DNA of 64,000 nucleotides from Gammaproteobacteria bacterium (GCA_965243205.1 CBDEUK010000002.1:2269711-2333710), one strand, 5' to 3'; positions 50,675-64,000 are shown, counted from the stretch's first letter. Notes: a model not told the origin generated them from the letters alone. Program-made: numbers and translations.

Positions 50675-53600
50675 ATGCTTAATGCACTAAAAAAACATTT
50701 TAGAAGACCAAAACAAACCAAGCCTAAGTTGTATTATGATGGTGCTACTCAAGGCCTAGTTGTTCCTCAATCTTCGATTTCCGATAGCACTCTTGCCCTA
50801 GAAGATAGAATCCTGCTAGATGCTGCTGCTGTCGATACAGCGGTTGAACATGTTGCAGATGTTGTAGCCCAAGAACAAGCTGAACAGGCGATGCAGAATG
50901 CAGAATCTGGAAAGAATGTCGATGTGCAAGCGGTAGGAGAAAAAGATCAGTTACTTAATGCATTATCATCAGTTGATGCTGCGAGCAGTAATCAAATTGT
51001 TTTTGTTGATATGGGTGTTGAAGACTATGAAAGCCTCATTTCTGAAATTGATCCAAAAGCTGAATTAATTTACATAGATTCAAATAGTGATGGCTTAGAA
51101 CAAGTATCTAACGTTTTATCAGAACGCGAAGGTATTGATGCTATTCATATAATTTCTCATGGCGACTCAGGCCAATTATTTCTAGGTGATAGTGTGATTA
51201 CTGCTGATTCGATGCAGTCTGAACACGCAGATGAGCTATTGACTATTAAAGAAGCTCTTTCTGAACAAGCAGATATTTTAATTTACGGCTGTAACTTTGC
51301 TGAAGGAGAAGAGGGTGCTGAAGCAGTTTCTACTCTATCTGATTTAACAGGTGCTGATGTAGCAGCTTCAACAGATTTAACAGGTTCTAGTGCTGAGGGA
51401 GCTGATTGGGATTTAGAAGTAAAAACAGGTGATATAGAAACTGAAAGTTTAGTGGCAACAGACTGGCAAGGCACTTTAGTAGAAGTTGTGAATGTTTCTG
51501 GAGCGCAAACAGGTTCTTATACAGTTACGGAAGATGGCCGAGTTGATATTACTGTTACAGGCGGTGATGGAGGAAATGGATCCAGTACGAATGGTGGTCA
51601 AGGTGCTACTGTAACAGCGACTTTTGATTTGAATGCAGGTGATGTGATCGAATTTGTGGTCGGTGATGCTGGGAATAACGGCACCAGTAGTGGCGGCGGC
51701 GGCGGTAGTACAGGTGTCTTCATTAATGACGTGTTAGTTATGGTTGCTGGAGCTGGCGGTGGTGGAGATAACTCCACTGGTGCAATTGGTCTAGGTGGCC
51801 AATCCACTATTAATGGAGCTTCGGGTATTGGTGCTGGAGCTGGTGCTGGTGGAGTAGCTGGTGCTGGTGGAGGAGCTAATACTAACGACTCTGCAGGTGG
51901 TGGTGGGATTACATCGTCTGGAGCAAGTGCTGCAGCGGGCGGCGGTGCTATAGCTGATACGAATGCGGCTGATGGAGTTTCATTAGCGGCTGGTGGTGCT
52001 GGAGCTGGTGGTGGCGCTGGCGGTGCTGGTGGGGCTGGTTTTTCTGGCGGTGGCGGTGCAGATAATTTCTTTAGCGGCGGCGGTGGCGGCTATTCCGGCG
52101 GTGGAGCTGCTGGTAATGGTGGCGGAGCTGGCGGTGGCGGTTCATTCGTCGATACAACTGTTGCAGGATATGTCTCAAGTTCTATTACGGCAGGATCAGA
52201 TGGAGGTGGCTCTCTTTCAGATGGCACAACAGTTATTAACCTAGATATCGATAGCGATGGTGATGGCATCTTAAATAGTGCCGATTTAGATGATGACAAT
52301 GATGGTATTTTGGATAGTGCTGAACAACAGTTAACTACGGTTACATCGACACTTAGTTACGATCCAACTCAATCTACCGCAACCAGTATTGTATTAACAG
52401 ATGGGGTTGCGACTATAACCATCACTGATGCGTTTAATTCAGTTATTTCTGGTTCAAATGTTGTTTTTGATTCAACGGGTTCGGGTACACAAGATCCACA
52501 TGCAGTAAGCATTACATCCAGTGTGAATATTACCAGCGTCACATTAAACGACCTGGATAATTTTGATCCTGATAATACTACAGGTAATCCATTTATAGAT
52601 GCGATTGCTATCAATCAAGCAGGTACTTGGTCAGGCGTAAATGGGGCTGGGCAATTAAATTCATATACCTTGGATGCTACTGGTGCTGCAGCTGCCCAGA
52701 CCGATATAAATGCCAATGCTGCAGCATTAGGTGGGGCTGGAGGACGTACTGTCGATTTTTCTGAGTTAATTGCTGCCGGAGCGGTTAGTGATGTACTTAT
52801 TAATCCTGATAGTGCTATTGAAAATGACTATTCCGCGACATATACATTTGCATCTGCTTTAACAACTTTTCAGTTAATCGGTGATGATATTGTTGAAGGT
52901 GATAATCAGCTCACTACAATTAATTTTGCAAATATCACTGTTACCTATCAAGTTCTAGCTGATCAAGATTCTGACGGAGATGGTGTTGTTGATAGATTAG
53001 ACCTTGATAGTGATAACGATGGTATCAGTGACTTAGTTGAGAGCGGTCAAAATGCTGCAGTAGTTGATACAGATAATGATGGCAAACATGATGATGTTGG
53101 TGAAACCTATACTAACGGTGTATCAAATGATGCTAATGGTGGAGCAGGTGTTACGCCTATAGATTCCGATGGTGATGGCATTGATGATTATCGTGATTTA
53201 GATAGTGATAATGATGGTATTGCTGATTATATAGAAGCACAAACCACATCACCTTATTCTGCAAATGATGGCGATGTTTCTAATGATGATAGCGATGGTG
53301 ATGGTGTTATCGATCAATTTGATTCTGATGCGAGTTTTGGTGGGACTTTCACTACACCAAACGATCACGATAATGATGGAATAGCAGACTATCTAGACAC
53401 AGATTCAGATGCTGATGGTATTCTAGATATTAACGAAAGCGGCTTGACCTTATCAGGTACTGATTCAAACAATGACGGTATTGATGATGGTGTTGGTGCA
53501 AGTTACTCAAATCCAGATGGTGCTGTAACAACTGATTCCGCTTTAGTTTTAGAGAACGATGATGATCCTGCTGGCGCTCCAGCAGGTAATGTTGATTTTC

Positions 53601-54702
53601 GTGATGACGATGTTATTGATTTAGTAAACGACACTAATTCAGTAAATGAAAATAATACCGGTAACATATCTGGAAATGTATCCACTAACGATCCTATTAA
53701 TAACATCGAGGTCACAAGTCCTGCAACTGCTTATTCCCTTGTTTCTGCTTCTATCGGTTCTTATGGAACATTAACACTTAATGCTAATGGTACCTATTCC
53801 TACAATCTTGATGAAAATAACGTGACTGTTCAGGCGCTTCAGCCAGGAGATTCATTAATAGATGTATTTACTTATCAAGTTATCGACGATGACGGTGATA
53901 CTGCTACCGCAACTTTAACCATTACGATTAACGGTGAAGATGACCTGCCGGTGGCGGTCAACGATACGGTGAACGCGACCGAGGATACGGTGTTCAATGG
54001 CGATGTCAGTGGCAACGATACCTTGAGTGGCGATGGCGGTAATGTGTTCAGTGTGAACACCAATGCGACCAACGGTACGGTGGTGATGAACGCCGATGGG
54101 ACGTTTACCTATACCCCGAATGCGAACTACAACGGCCCGGACAGTTTTACGTATGACTTAACCGATGCCGATGGTGATGTCTCGACCGCGACCGTGACGA
54201 TTAACGTGGCGCCGGTGGACGATACGCCGGTGGCGGTCAACGATACGGTGAACGCGACCGAGGATACGGTGTTCAATGGCGATGTCAGTGGCAACGATAC
54301 CTTGAGTGGCGATGGCGGTAATGTGTTCAGTGTGAACACCAATGCGACCAACGGTACGGTGGTGATGAACGCCGATGGGACGTTTACCTATACCCCGAAT
54401 GCGAACTACAACGGCCCGGACAGTTTTACGTATGACTTAACCGATGCCGATGGTGATGTCTCGACCGCGACCGTGACGATTAACGTGGCGCCGGTGGACG
54501 ATACGCCGGTGGCGGTCAACGATACGGTGAACGCGACCGAGGATACGGTGTTCAATGGCGATGTCAGTGGCAACGATACCTTGAGTGGCGATGGCGGTAA
54601 TGTGTTCAGTGTGAACACCAATGCGACCAACGGTACGGTGGTGATGAACGCCGATGGGACGTTTACCTATACCCCGAATGCGAACTACAACGGCCCGGAC
54701 AG
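50675..54702 (+). CDS. giant surface adhesin, N-terminal part (LEPRxLL-like motif, DUF4347, Gly-rich domain, DxDxDG Ca-binding repeats, VCBS/Ig-like repeats); interrupted
   Basis: LEDRILLDAA; IVFVD..V.DY...HIISHG..G.L.LG...IYGCNFA...GADVAAS.D.TG...DWDLE (DUF4347); many DSD.DG repeats. The true frame is lost at 54702, where the inverted block starts. Confidence 0.85.
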
Positions 54703-57700
54703 CATCGGCGTTCATCACCACCGTACCGTTGGTCGCATTGGTGTTCACACTGAACACATTACCGCCATCGCCACTCAAGGTATCGTTGCCACTGACATCG
54801 CCATTGAACACCGTATCCTCGGTCGCGTTCACCGTATCGTTGACCGCCACCGGCGTATCGTCCACCGGCGCCACGTTAATCGTCACGGTCGCGGTCGAGA
54901 CATCACCATCGGCATCGGTTAAGTCATACGTAAAACTGTCCGGGCCGTTGTAGTTCGCATTCGGGGTATAGGTAAACGTCCCATCGGCGTTCATCACCAC
55001 CGTACCGTTGGTCGCATTGGTGTTCACACTGAACACATTACCGCCATCGCCACTCAAGGTATCGTTGCCACTGACATCGCCATTGAACACCGTATCCTCG
55101 GTCGCGTTCACCGTATCGTTGACCGCCACCGGCGTATCGTCCACCGGCGCCACGTTAATCGTCACGGTCGCGGTCGAGACATCACCATCGGCATCGGTTA
55201 AGTCATACGTAAAACTGTCCGGGCCGTTGTAGTTCGCATTCGGGGTATAGGTAAACGTCCCATCGGCGTTCATCACCACCGTACCGTTGGTCGCATTGGT
55301 GTTCACACTGAACACATTACCGCCATCGCCACTCAAGGTATCGTTGCCACTGACATCGCCATTGAACACCGTATCCTCGGTCGCGTTCACCGTATCGTTG
55401 ACCGCCACCGGCGTATCGTCCACCGGCGCCACGTTAATCGTCACGGTCGCGGTCGAGACATCACCATCGGCATCGGTTAAGTCATACGTAAAACTGTCCG
55501 GGCCGTTGTAGTTCGCATTCGGGGTATAGGTAAACGTCCCATCGGCGTTCATCACCACCGTACCGTTGGTCGCATTGGTGTTCACACTGAACACATTACC
55601 GCCATCGCCACTCAAGGTATCGTTGCCACTGACATCGCCATTGAACACCGTATCCTCGGTCGCGTTCACCGTATCGTTGACCGCCACCGGCGTATCGTCC
55701 ACCGGCGCCACGTTAATCGTCACGGTCGCGGTCGAGACATCACCATCGGCATCGGTTAAGTCATACGTAAAACTGTCCGGGCCGTTGTAGTTCGCATTCG
55801 GGGTATAGGTAAACGTCCCATCGGCGTTCATCACCACCGTACCGTTGGTCGCATTGGTGTTCACACTGAACACATTACCGCCATCGCCACTCAAGGTATC
55901 GTTGCCACTGACATCGCCATTGAACACCGTATCCTCGGTCGCGTTCACCGTATCGTTGACCGCCACCGGCGTATCGTCCACCGGCGCCACGTTAATCGTC
56001 ACGGTCGCGGTCGAGACATCACCATCGGCATCGGTTAAGTCATACGTAAAACTGTCCGGGCCGTTGTAGTTCGCATTCGGGGTATAGGTAAACGTCCCAT
56101 CGGCGTTCATCACCACCGTACCGTTGGTCGCATTGGTGTTCACACTGAACACATTACCGCCATCGCCACTCAAGGTATCGTTGCCACTGACATCGCCATT
56201 GAACACCGTATCCTCGGTCGCGTTCACCGTATCGTTGACCGCCACCGGCGTATCGTCCACCGGCGCCACGTTAATCGTCACGGTCGCGGTCGAGACATCA
56301 CCATCGGCATCGGTTAAGTCATACGTAAAACTGTCCGGGCCGTTGTAGTTCGCATTCGGGGTATAGGTAAACGTCCCATCGGCGTTCATCACCACCGTAC
56401 CGTTGGTCGCATTGGTGTTCACACTGAACACATTACCGCCATCGCCACTCAAGGTATCGTTGCCACTGACATCGCCATTGAACACCGTATCCTCGGTCGC
56501 GTTCACCGTATCGTTGACCGCCACCGGCGTATCGTCCACCGGCGCCACGTTAATCGTCACGGTCGCGGTCGAGACATCACCATCGGCATCGGTTAAGTCA
56601 TACGTAAAACTGTCCGGGCCGTTGTAGTTCGCATTCGGGGTATAGGTAAACGTCCCATCGGCGTTCATCACCACCGTACCGTTGGTCGCATTGGTGTTCA
56701 CACTGAACACATTACCGCCATCGCCACTCAAGGTATCGTTGCCACTGACATCGCCATTGAACACCGTATCCTCGGTCGCGTTCACCGTATCGTTGACCGC
56801 CACCGGCGTATCGTCCACCGGCGCCACGTTAATCGTCACGGTCGCGGTCGAGACATCACCATCGGCATCGGTTAAGTCATACGTAAAACTGTCCGGGCCG
56901 TTGTAGTTCGCATTCGGGGTATAGGTAAACGTCCCATCGGCGTTCATCACCACCGTACCGTTGGTCGCATTGGTGTTCACACTGAACACATTACCGCCAT
57001 CGCCACTCAAGGTATCGTTGCCACTGACATCGCCATTGAACACCGTATCCTCGGTCGCGTTCACCGTATCGTTGACCGCCACCGGCGTATCGTCCACCGG
57101 CGCCACGTTAATCGTCACGGTCGCGGTCGAGACATCACCATCGGCATCGGTTAAGTCATACGTAAAACTGTCCGGGCCGTTGTAGTTCGCATTCGGGGTA
57201 TAGGTAAACGTCCCATCGGCGTTCATCACCACCGTACCGTTGGTCGCATTGGTGTTCACACTGAACACATTACCGCCATCGCCACTCAAGGTATCGTTGC
57301 CACTGACATCGCCATTGAACACCGTATCCTCGGTCGCGTTCACCGTATCGTTGACCGCCACCGGCGTATCGTCCACCGGCGCCACGTTAATCGTCACGGT
57401 CGCGGTCGAGACATCACCATCGGCATCGGTTAAGTCATACGTAAAACTGTCCGGGCCGTTGTAGTTCGCATTCGGGGTATAGGTAAACGTCCCATCGGCG
57501 TTCATCACCACCGTACCGTTGGTCGCATTGGTGTTCACACTGAACACATTACCGCCATCGCCACTCAAGGTATCGTTGCCACTGACATCGCCATTGAACA
57601 CCGTATCCTCGGTCGCGTTCACCGTATCGTTGACCGCCACCGGCGTATCGTCCACCGGCGCCACGTTAATCGTCACGGTCGCGGTCGAGACATCACCATC

Positions 57701-60700
57701 GGCATCGGTTAAGTCATACGTAAAACTGTCCGGGCCGTTGTAGTTCGCATTCGGGGTATAGGTAAACGTCCCATCGGCGTTCATCACCACCGTACCGTTG
57801 GTCGCATTGGTGTTCACACTGAACACATTACCGCCATCGCCACTCAAGGTATCGTTGCCACTGACATCGCCATTGAACACCGTATCCTCGGTCGCGTTCA
57901 CCGTATCGTTGACCGCCACCGGCGTATCGTCCACCGGCGCCACGTTAATCGTCACGGTCGCGGTCGAGACATCACCATCGGCATCGGTTAAGTCATACGT
58001 AAAACTGTCCGGGCCGTTGTAGTTCGCATTCGGGGTATAGGTAAACGTCCCATCGGCGTTCATCACCACCGTACCGTTGGTCGCATTGGTGTTCACACTG
58101 AACACATTACCGCCATCGCCACTCAAGGTATCGTTGCCACTGACATCGCCATTGAACACCGTATCCTCGGTCGCGTTCACCGTATCGTTGACCGCCACCG
58201 GCGTATCGTCCACCGGCGCCACGTTAATCGTCACGGTCGCGGTCGAGACATCACCATCGGCATCGGTTAAGTCATACGTAAAACTGTCCGGGCCGTTGTA
58301 GTTCGCATTCGGGGTATAGGTAAACGTCCCATCGGCGTTCATCACCACCGTACCGTTGGTCGCATTGGTGTTCACACTGAACACATTACCGCCATCGCCA
58401 CTCAAGGTATCGTTGCCACTGACATCGCCATTGAACACCGTATCCTCGGTCGCGTTCACCGTATCGTTGACCGCCACCGGCGTATCGTCCACCGGCGCCA
58501 CGTTAATCGTCACGGTCGCGGTCGAGACATCACCATCGGCATCGGTTAAGTCATACGTAAAACTGTCCGGGCCGTTGTAGTTCGCATTCGGGGTATAGGT
58601 AAACGTCCCATCGGCGTTCATCACCACCGTACCGTTGGTCGCATTGGTGTTCACACTGAACACATTACCGCCATCGCCACTCAAGGTATCGTTGCCACTG
58701 ACATCGCCATTGAACACCGTATCCTCGGTCGCGTTCACCGTATCGTTGACCGCCACCGGCGTATCGTCCACCGGCGCCACGTTAATCGTCACGGTCGCGG
58801 TCGAGACATCACCATCGGCATCGGTTAAGTCATACGTAAAACTGTCCGGGCCGTTGTAGTTCGCATTCGGGGTATAGGTAAACGTCCCATCGGCGTTCAT
58901 CACCACCGTACCGTTGGTCGCATTGGTGTTCACACTGAACACATTACCGCCATCGCCACTCAAGGTATCGTTGCCACTGACATCGCCATTGAACACCGTA
59001 TCCTCGGTCGCGTTCACCGTATCGTTGACCGCCACCGGCGTATCGTCCACCGGCGCCACGTTAATCGTCACGGTCGCGGTCGAGACATCACCATCGGCAT
59101 CGGTTAAGTCATACGTAAAACTGTCCGGGCCGTTGTAGTTCGCATTCGGGGTATAGGTAAACGTCCCATCGGCGTTCATCACCACCGTACCGTTGGTCGC
59201 ATTGGTGTTCACACTGAACACATTACCGCCATCGCCACTCAAGGTATCGTTGCCACTGACATCGCCATTGAACACCGTATCCTCGGTCGCGTTCACCGTA
59301 TCGTTGACCGCCACCGGCGTATCGTCCACCGGCGCCACGTTAATCGTCACGGTCGCGGTCGAGACATCACCATCGGCATCGGTTAAGTCATACGTAAAAC
59401 TGTCCGGGCCGTTGTAGTTCGCATTCGGGGTATAGGTAAACGTCCCATCGGCGTTCATCACCACCGTACCGTTGGTCGCATTGGTGTTCACACTGAACAC
59501 ATTACCGCCATCGCCACTCAAGGTATCGTTGCCACTGACATCGCCATTGAACACCGTATCCTCGGTCGCGTTCACCGTATCGTTGACCGCCACCGGCGTA
59601 TCGTCCACCGGCGCCACGTTAATCGTCACGGTCGCGGTCGAGACATCACCATCGGCATCGGTTAAGTCATACGTAAAACTGTCCGGGCCGTTGTAGTTCG
59701 CATTCGGGGTATAGGTAAACGTCCCATCGGCGTTCATCACCACCGTACCGTTGGTCGCATTGGTGTTCACACTGAACACATTACCGCCATCGCCACTCAA
59801 GGTATCGTTGCCACTGACATCGCCATTGAACACCGTATCCTCGGTCGCGTTCACCGTATCGTTGACCGCCACCGGCGTATCGTCCACCGGCGCCACGTTA
59901 ATCGTCACGGTCGCGGTCGAGACATCACCATCGGCATCGGTTAAGTCATACGTAAAACTGTCCGGGCCGTTGTAGTTCGCATTCGGGGTATAGGTAAACG
60001 TCCCATCGGCGTTCATCACCACCGTACCGTTGGTCGCATTGGTGTTCACACTGAACACATTACCGCCATCGCCACTCAAGGTATCGTTGCCACTGACATC
60101 GCCATTGAACACCGTATCCTCGGTCGCGTTCACCGTATCGTTGACCGCCACCGGCGTATCGTCCACCGGCGCCACGTTAATCGTCACGGTCGCGGTCGAG
60201 ACATCACCATCGGCATCGGTTAAGTCATACGTAAAACTGTCCGGGCCGTTGTAGTTCGCATTCGGGGTATAGGTAAACGTCCCATCGGCGTTCATCACCA
60301 CCGTACCGTTGGTCGCATTGGTGTTCACACTGAACACATTACCGCCATCGCCACTCAAGGTATCGTTGCCACTGACATCGCCATTGAACACCGTATCCTC
60401 GGTCGCGTTCACCGTATCGTTGACCGCCACCGGCGTATCGTCCACCGGCGCCACGTTAATCGTCACGGTCGCGGTCGAGACATCACCATCGGCATCGGTT
60501 AAGTCATACGTAAAACTGTCCGGGCCGTTGTAGTTCGCATTCGGGGTATAGGTAAACGTCCCATCGGCGTTCATCACCACCGTACCGTTGGTCGCATTGG
60601 TGTTCACACTGAACACATTACCGCCATCGCCACTCAAGGTATCGTTGCCACTGACATCGCCATTGAACACCGTATCCTCGGTCGCGTTCACCGTATCGTT

Positions 60701-62270
60701 GACCGCCACCGGCGTATCGTCCACCGGCGCCACGTTAATCGTCACGGTCGCGGTCGAGACATCACCATCGGCATCGGTTAAGTCATACGTAAAACTGTCC
60801 GGGCCGTTGTAGTTCGCATTCGGGGTATAGGTAAACGTCCCATCGGCGTTCATCACCACCGTACCGTTGGTCGCATTGGTGTTCACACTGAACACATTAC
60901 CGCCATCGCCACTCAAGGTATCGTTGCCACTGACATCGCCATTGAACACCGTATCCTCGGTCGCGTTCACCGTATCGTTGACCGCCACCGGCGTATCGTC
61001 CACCGGCGCCACGTTAATCGTCACGGTCGCGGTCGAGACATCACCATCGGCATCGGTTAAGTCATACGTAAAACTGTCCGGGCCGTTGTAGTTCGCATTC
61101 GGGGTATAGGTAAACGTCCCATCGGCGTTCATCACCACCGTACCGTTGGTCGCATTGGTGTTCACACTGAACACATTACCGCCATCGCCACTCAAGGTAT
61201 CGTTGCCACTGACATCGCCATTGAACACCGTATCCTCGGTCGCGTTCACCGTATCGTTGACCGCCACCGGCGTATCGTCCACCGGCGCCACGTTAATCGT
61301 CACGGTCGCGGTCGAGACATCACCATCGGCATCGGTTAAGTCATACGTAAAACTGTCCGGGCCGTTGTAGTTCGCATTCGGGGTATAGGTAAACGTCCCA
61401 TCGGCGTTCATCACCACCGTACCGTTGGTCGCATTGGTGTTCACACTGAACACATTACCGCCATCGCCACTCAAGGTATCGTTGCCACTGACATCGCCAT
61501 TGAACACCGTATCCTCGGTCGCGTTCACCGTATCGTTGACCGCCACCGGCGTATCGTCCACCGGCGCCACGTTAATCGTCACGGTCGCGGTCGAGACATC
61601 ACCATCGGCATCGGTTAAGTCATACGTAAAACTGTCCGGGCCGTTGTAGTTCGCATTCGGGGTATAGGTAAACGTCCCATCGGCGTTCATCACCACCGTA
61701 CCGTTGGTCGCATTGGTGTTCACACTGAACACATTACCGCCATCGCCACTCAAGGTATCGTTGCCACTGACATCGCCATTGAACACCGTATCCTCGGTCG
61801 CGTTCACCGTATCGTTGACCGCCACCGGCGTATCGTCCACCGGCGCCACGTTAATCGTCACGGTCGCGGTCGAGACATCACCATCGGCATCGGTTAAGTC
61901 ATACGTAAAACTGTCCGGGCCGTTGTAGTTCGCATTCGGGGTATAGGTAAACGTCCCATCGGCGTTCATCACCACCGTACCGTTGGTCGCATTGGTGTTC
62001 ACACTGAACACATTACCGCCATCGCCACTCAAGGTATCGTTGCCACTGACATCGCCATTGAACACCGTATCCTCGGTCGCGTTCACCGTATCGTTGACCG
62101 CCACCGGCGTATCGTCCACCGGCGCCACGTTAATCGTCACGGTCGCGGTCGAGACATCACCATCGGCATCGGTTAAGTCATACGTAAAACTGTCCGGGCC
62201 GTTGTAGTTTTACGTATGACTTAACCGATGCCGATGGTGATGTCTCGACCGCGACCGTGACGATTAACGT
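53947..62270. repeat. tandem array of apparently identical 279-bp (93-aa) Ig-like/tandem-95 units, about 30 copies
   Basis: Forward 53947-54702 (~2.7 units), reverse 54703-~62207 (~26.9 units), forward 62206-62270. The ORF track repeats every 279 bp. Hand count 156/279 G+C (~56%). Confidence 0.95.
54703..62207 (-). other. reverse-oriented block of adhesin repeats inside the adhesin gene
   Basis: Left junction ...CCGGACAG|CATCGGCG; right junction ...GTTGT-AGTT-TTACGTATG with AGTT shared by both orientations. Confidence 0.9.
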
Positions 62271-63900
62271 TATACCTACACCTGATCCTGTTAATGATAT
62301 AGATTCTGCTACTGAAGGAGGCGCTAATACAACAGGAAATGTTTTGGGTAACGATGATATTGGAACAGGACCATCAACTGTTACGGCTGTTACTGAGGGA
62401 GGTACTCCGATTACACTAGGAATACCTTTTTCAACTGTTAATGGCGGCACTTTAACGATAAACCCTGATGGAAGTTATATTTATTCACCACCGCCATCAG
62501 GCACAGTGCCAGTAATAGGTTTAACTGAGACTTTTAACTATACAATTACAGATAATAATGGAAATACTGGTAGTGCGACTTTAATAATCAATGTGGTTGA
62601 TGAGGGAGATTTAGTTCCAAATGCAGCAGATGATGCTTTTATAACTGCAGAAGATACTATTTTGAATAGTGATGTATCAGTTAACGATCCTGCTCAAGGT
62701 GATGGCCCATCAACCTATTCAGCACCAGTTACAACTACAAATGGTGGAACTGTGGTAATGAATACAGATGGAACATTTCAGTATACACCACGAGCAAACT
62801 TCGAAGGTACAGATACCTTTACTTATACAATAACAGATGCAGACGGAGATGTTGATACTGCATTAGTAACGATTACTGTGAATCCAGTTAATGATCCTAG
62901 CGTTCCAGTTGATGACTTTGCTGTAACGAATGAAGGCACACCAGTAACAGTTAATGTGATAGCGAATGATACGGATATTGATGGTAATGATGCGACGTTG
63001 GTATCAGCAACAAATGGCACTAATGGAACAACGAGTGTGAACCCAGCTACAGGAGAAGTGACTTATACACCTAATCCAGGTTTTAGTGGTCCAGATACAT
63101 TTACATATACTAACTCTGAAGGCAATACAGCCACGGTCACAATTACTGTGAATTCAACATCTTCTTCAGGGCCAACTGATTTAGGTGACGATAATCCTGT
63201 TCCTGAAAACTTATTAAGATTGGATGATGGGTTTATAGAAGGGGATATCAATTCAGAATATAACTCTGTGACAGCACCAGGTGCTGTTATTGATGCGGTT
63301 CGATCCGTTAATAGTAATCCGTTTGGTGAGAGTTTAGATGTTCTTAATGCAGATACAACAGGGTTTTTTGATGCGAATTCTGTTAAAGGATCATCTATAC
63401 GTTCAGTTATATCAGAATCTAATACTTCTTCAGTCGATAGTTTATTTCCATTACGTTTAGGTGAGGGTGATGTAGGAGCGAACTTACAGGATGAATTGAT
63501 TCTTGAAACATTGATTTACAACAAAACACTATTTTTAGATATTGATTACATCATTATTTCAGATCCAACCTTAGAAGTAAGTGATGTGAAGGTGAGTCAA
63601 TCGAATGGAGATGCGTTACCTGATTGGTTAGTTTTCAATGATGAAAATCAACAAGTGATTGGACAACCTCCAGTTGATGCCGAAAATATCCGATTAATGA
63701 TTGAAGTCGAACTTAGTAATGGAGTAGAAGTAATTCGATATGTGGATATTGAAGTACAAACAGGGGTGATTAGTGAATTTAGCGTTGAAAATACAGTTGC
63801 TGCGACGGGGACTGATTTATTTTCCAGCCAAATTACCCAAGTTGCTGGAGAGTTTGAAAAAAATGCAGATGCAATTTCTCAGATATTAGATAAAGGTTAA
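62208..63900 (+). CDS. giant surface adhesin, C-terminal part (divergent Ig-like domains + C-terminal domain)
   Basis: Joining 54702 to 62208 restores GAC AGT TTT ACG and a 5721-nt ORF (1906 aa). Three further Ig-like domains, LPDWL.F...GQPP, C-terminal FSSQI. Confidence 0.85.
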
Positions 63901-63968
63901 TTTGATAAAAGTCTAATAAAATGAACAAATTACTGGTACAACTAAAATAAATTTGTTAAGTTTTCTCG

Positions 63969-64000
63969 ATGAACCATTCAAAATGGATAAAAATTGCGTT
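63969..64000 (+). CDS. possible start of a downstream gene (partial)
   Basis: ATG 63969 MNHSKWIKIA... is open to the window end; too short to assign. Confidence 0.25.
   Translation, partial: MNHSKWIKIA

Noticed and set aside
54703-54922. His/Arg-rich C-terminus of the 1415-aa ORF as a functional tail
   Set aside because: It is read-through into the inverted block, not evolved sequence.
54437-62140. 2567-aa minus-strand ORF as an independent gene
   Set aside because: It consists only of adhesin repeats in reverse orientation. It has no promoter, RBS or unique domains, and its tail is antisense read-through of the forward repeats.
54654-62207. Series of identical 74-aa plus-strand ORFs
   Set aside because: Antisense shadows of the repeat unit. 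They are open because the sense frame has a single TTA and no CTA/TCA codons.
53947-62270. CRISPR array or invertase-controlled shufflon
   Set aside because: The units are 279-bp coding repeats with no spacers. There is no recombinase gene or paired crossover sites, and flipping the block does not restore the frame.

Overview
AT-rich chromosomal window from a probably marine Gammaproteobacterium. I found no rRNA, tRNA, CRISPR array, transposase or phage gene. Left to right it holds: (1) a Fur-boxed iron/heme-uptake island with a VPLPA-CTERM surface protein, a heme-receptor-like TonB-dependent transporter and a candidate Fur-repressed sRNA; (2) a CxxC/RAPP (DUF2946/CruR-like) leader ORF in front of a ZnuD-like receptor; (3) a cytochrome c maturation system split into ccmAB (+) and ccmCDEFGHI (-), with pseudoazurin, a catalytically dead trypsin-like protein, trpS, ppiC and a sigma28-driven HD-GYP regulator/PAS kinase pair between them; (4) cspD, an orphan Rap1a-like protein, ttcA, an M50 protease, MscS and Sel1 proteins; (5) a complete proteobacterial dedicated sortase system (pdsO, target, sortase, pdsR/S) with a coupled geranylgeranyl-reductase-like gene; (6) two paralogous cNMP-cNMP-rhodanese-coiled-coil proteins flanking a divergent fae, with CRP/Vfr-like boxes; (7) yajQ, a CBS protein and the full nqrABCDEF-apbE-nqrM operon; (8) a giant DUF4347 adhesin whose array of apparently identical 279-bp Ig-like repeats is ~56% GC and contains a 7.5-kb reverse-oriented block. 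Excising that block restores an in-frame gene, whereas flipping it does not, which points to misassembly or a fold-back insertion. All family calls come from motif recognition by eye; no database searches were run.
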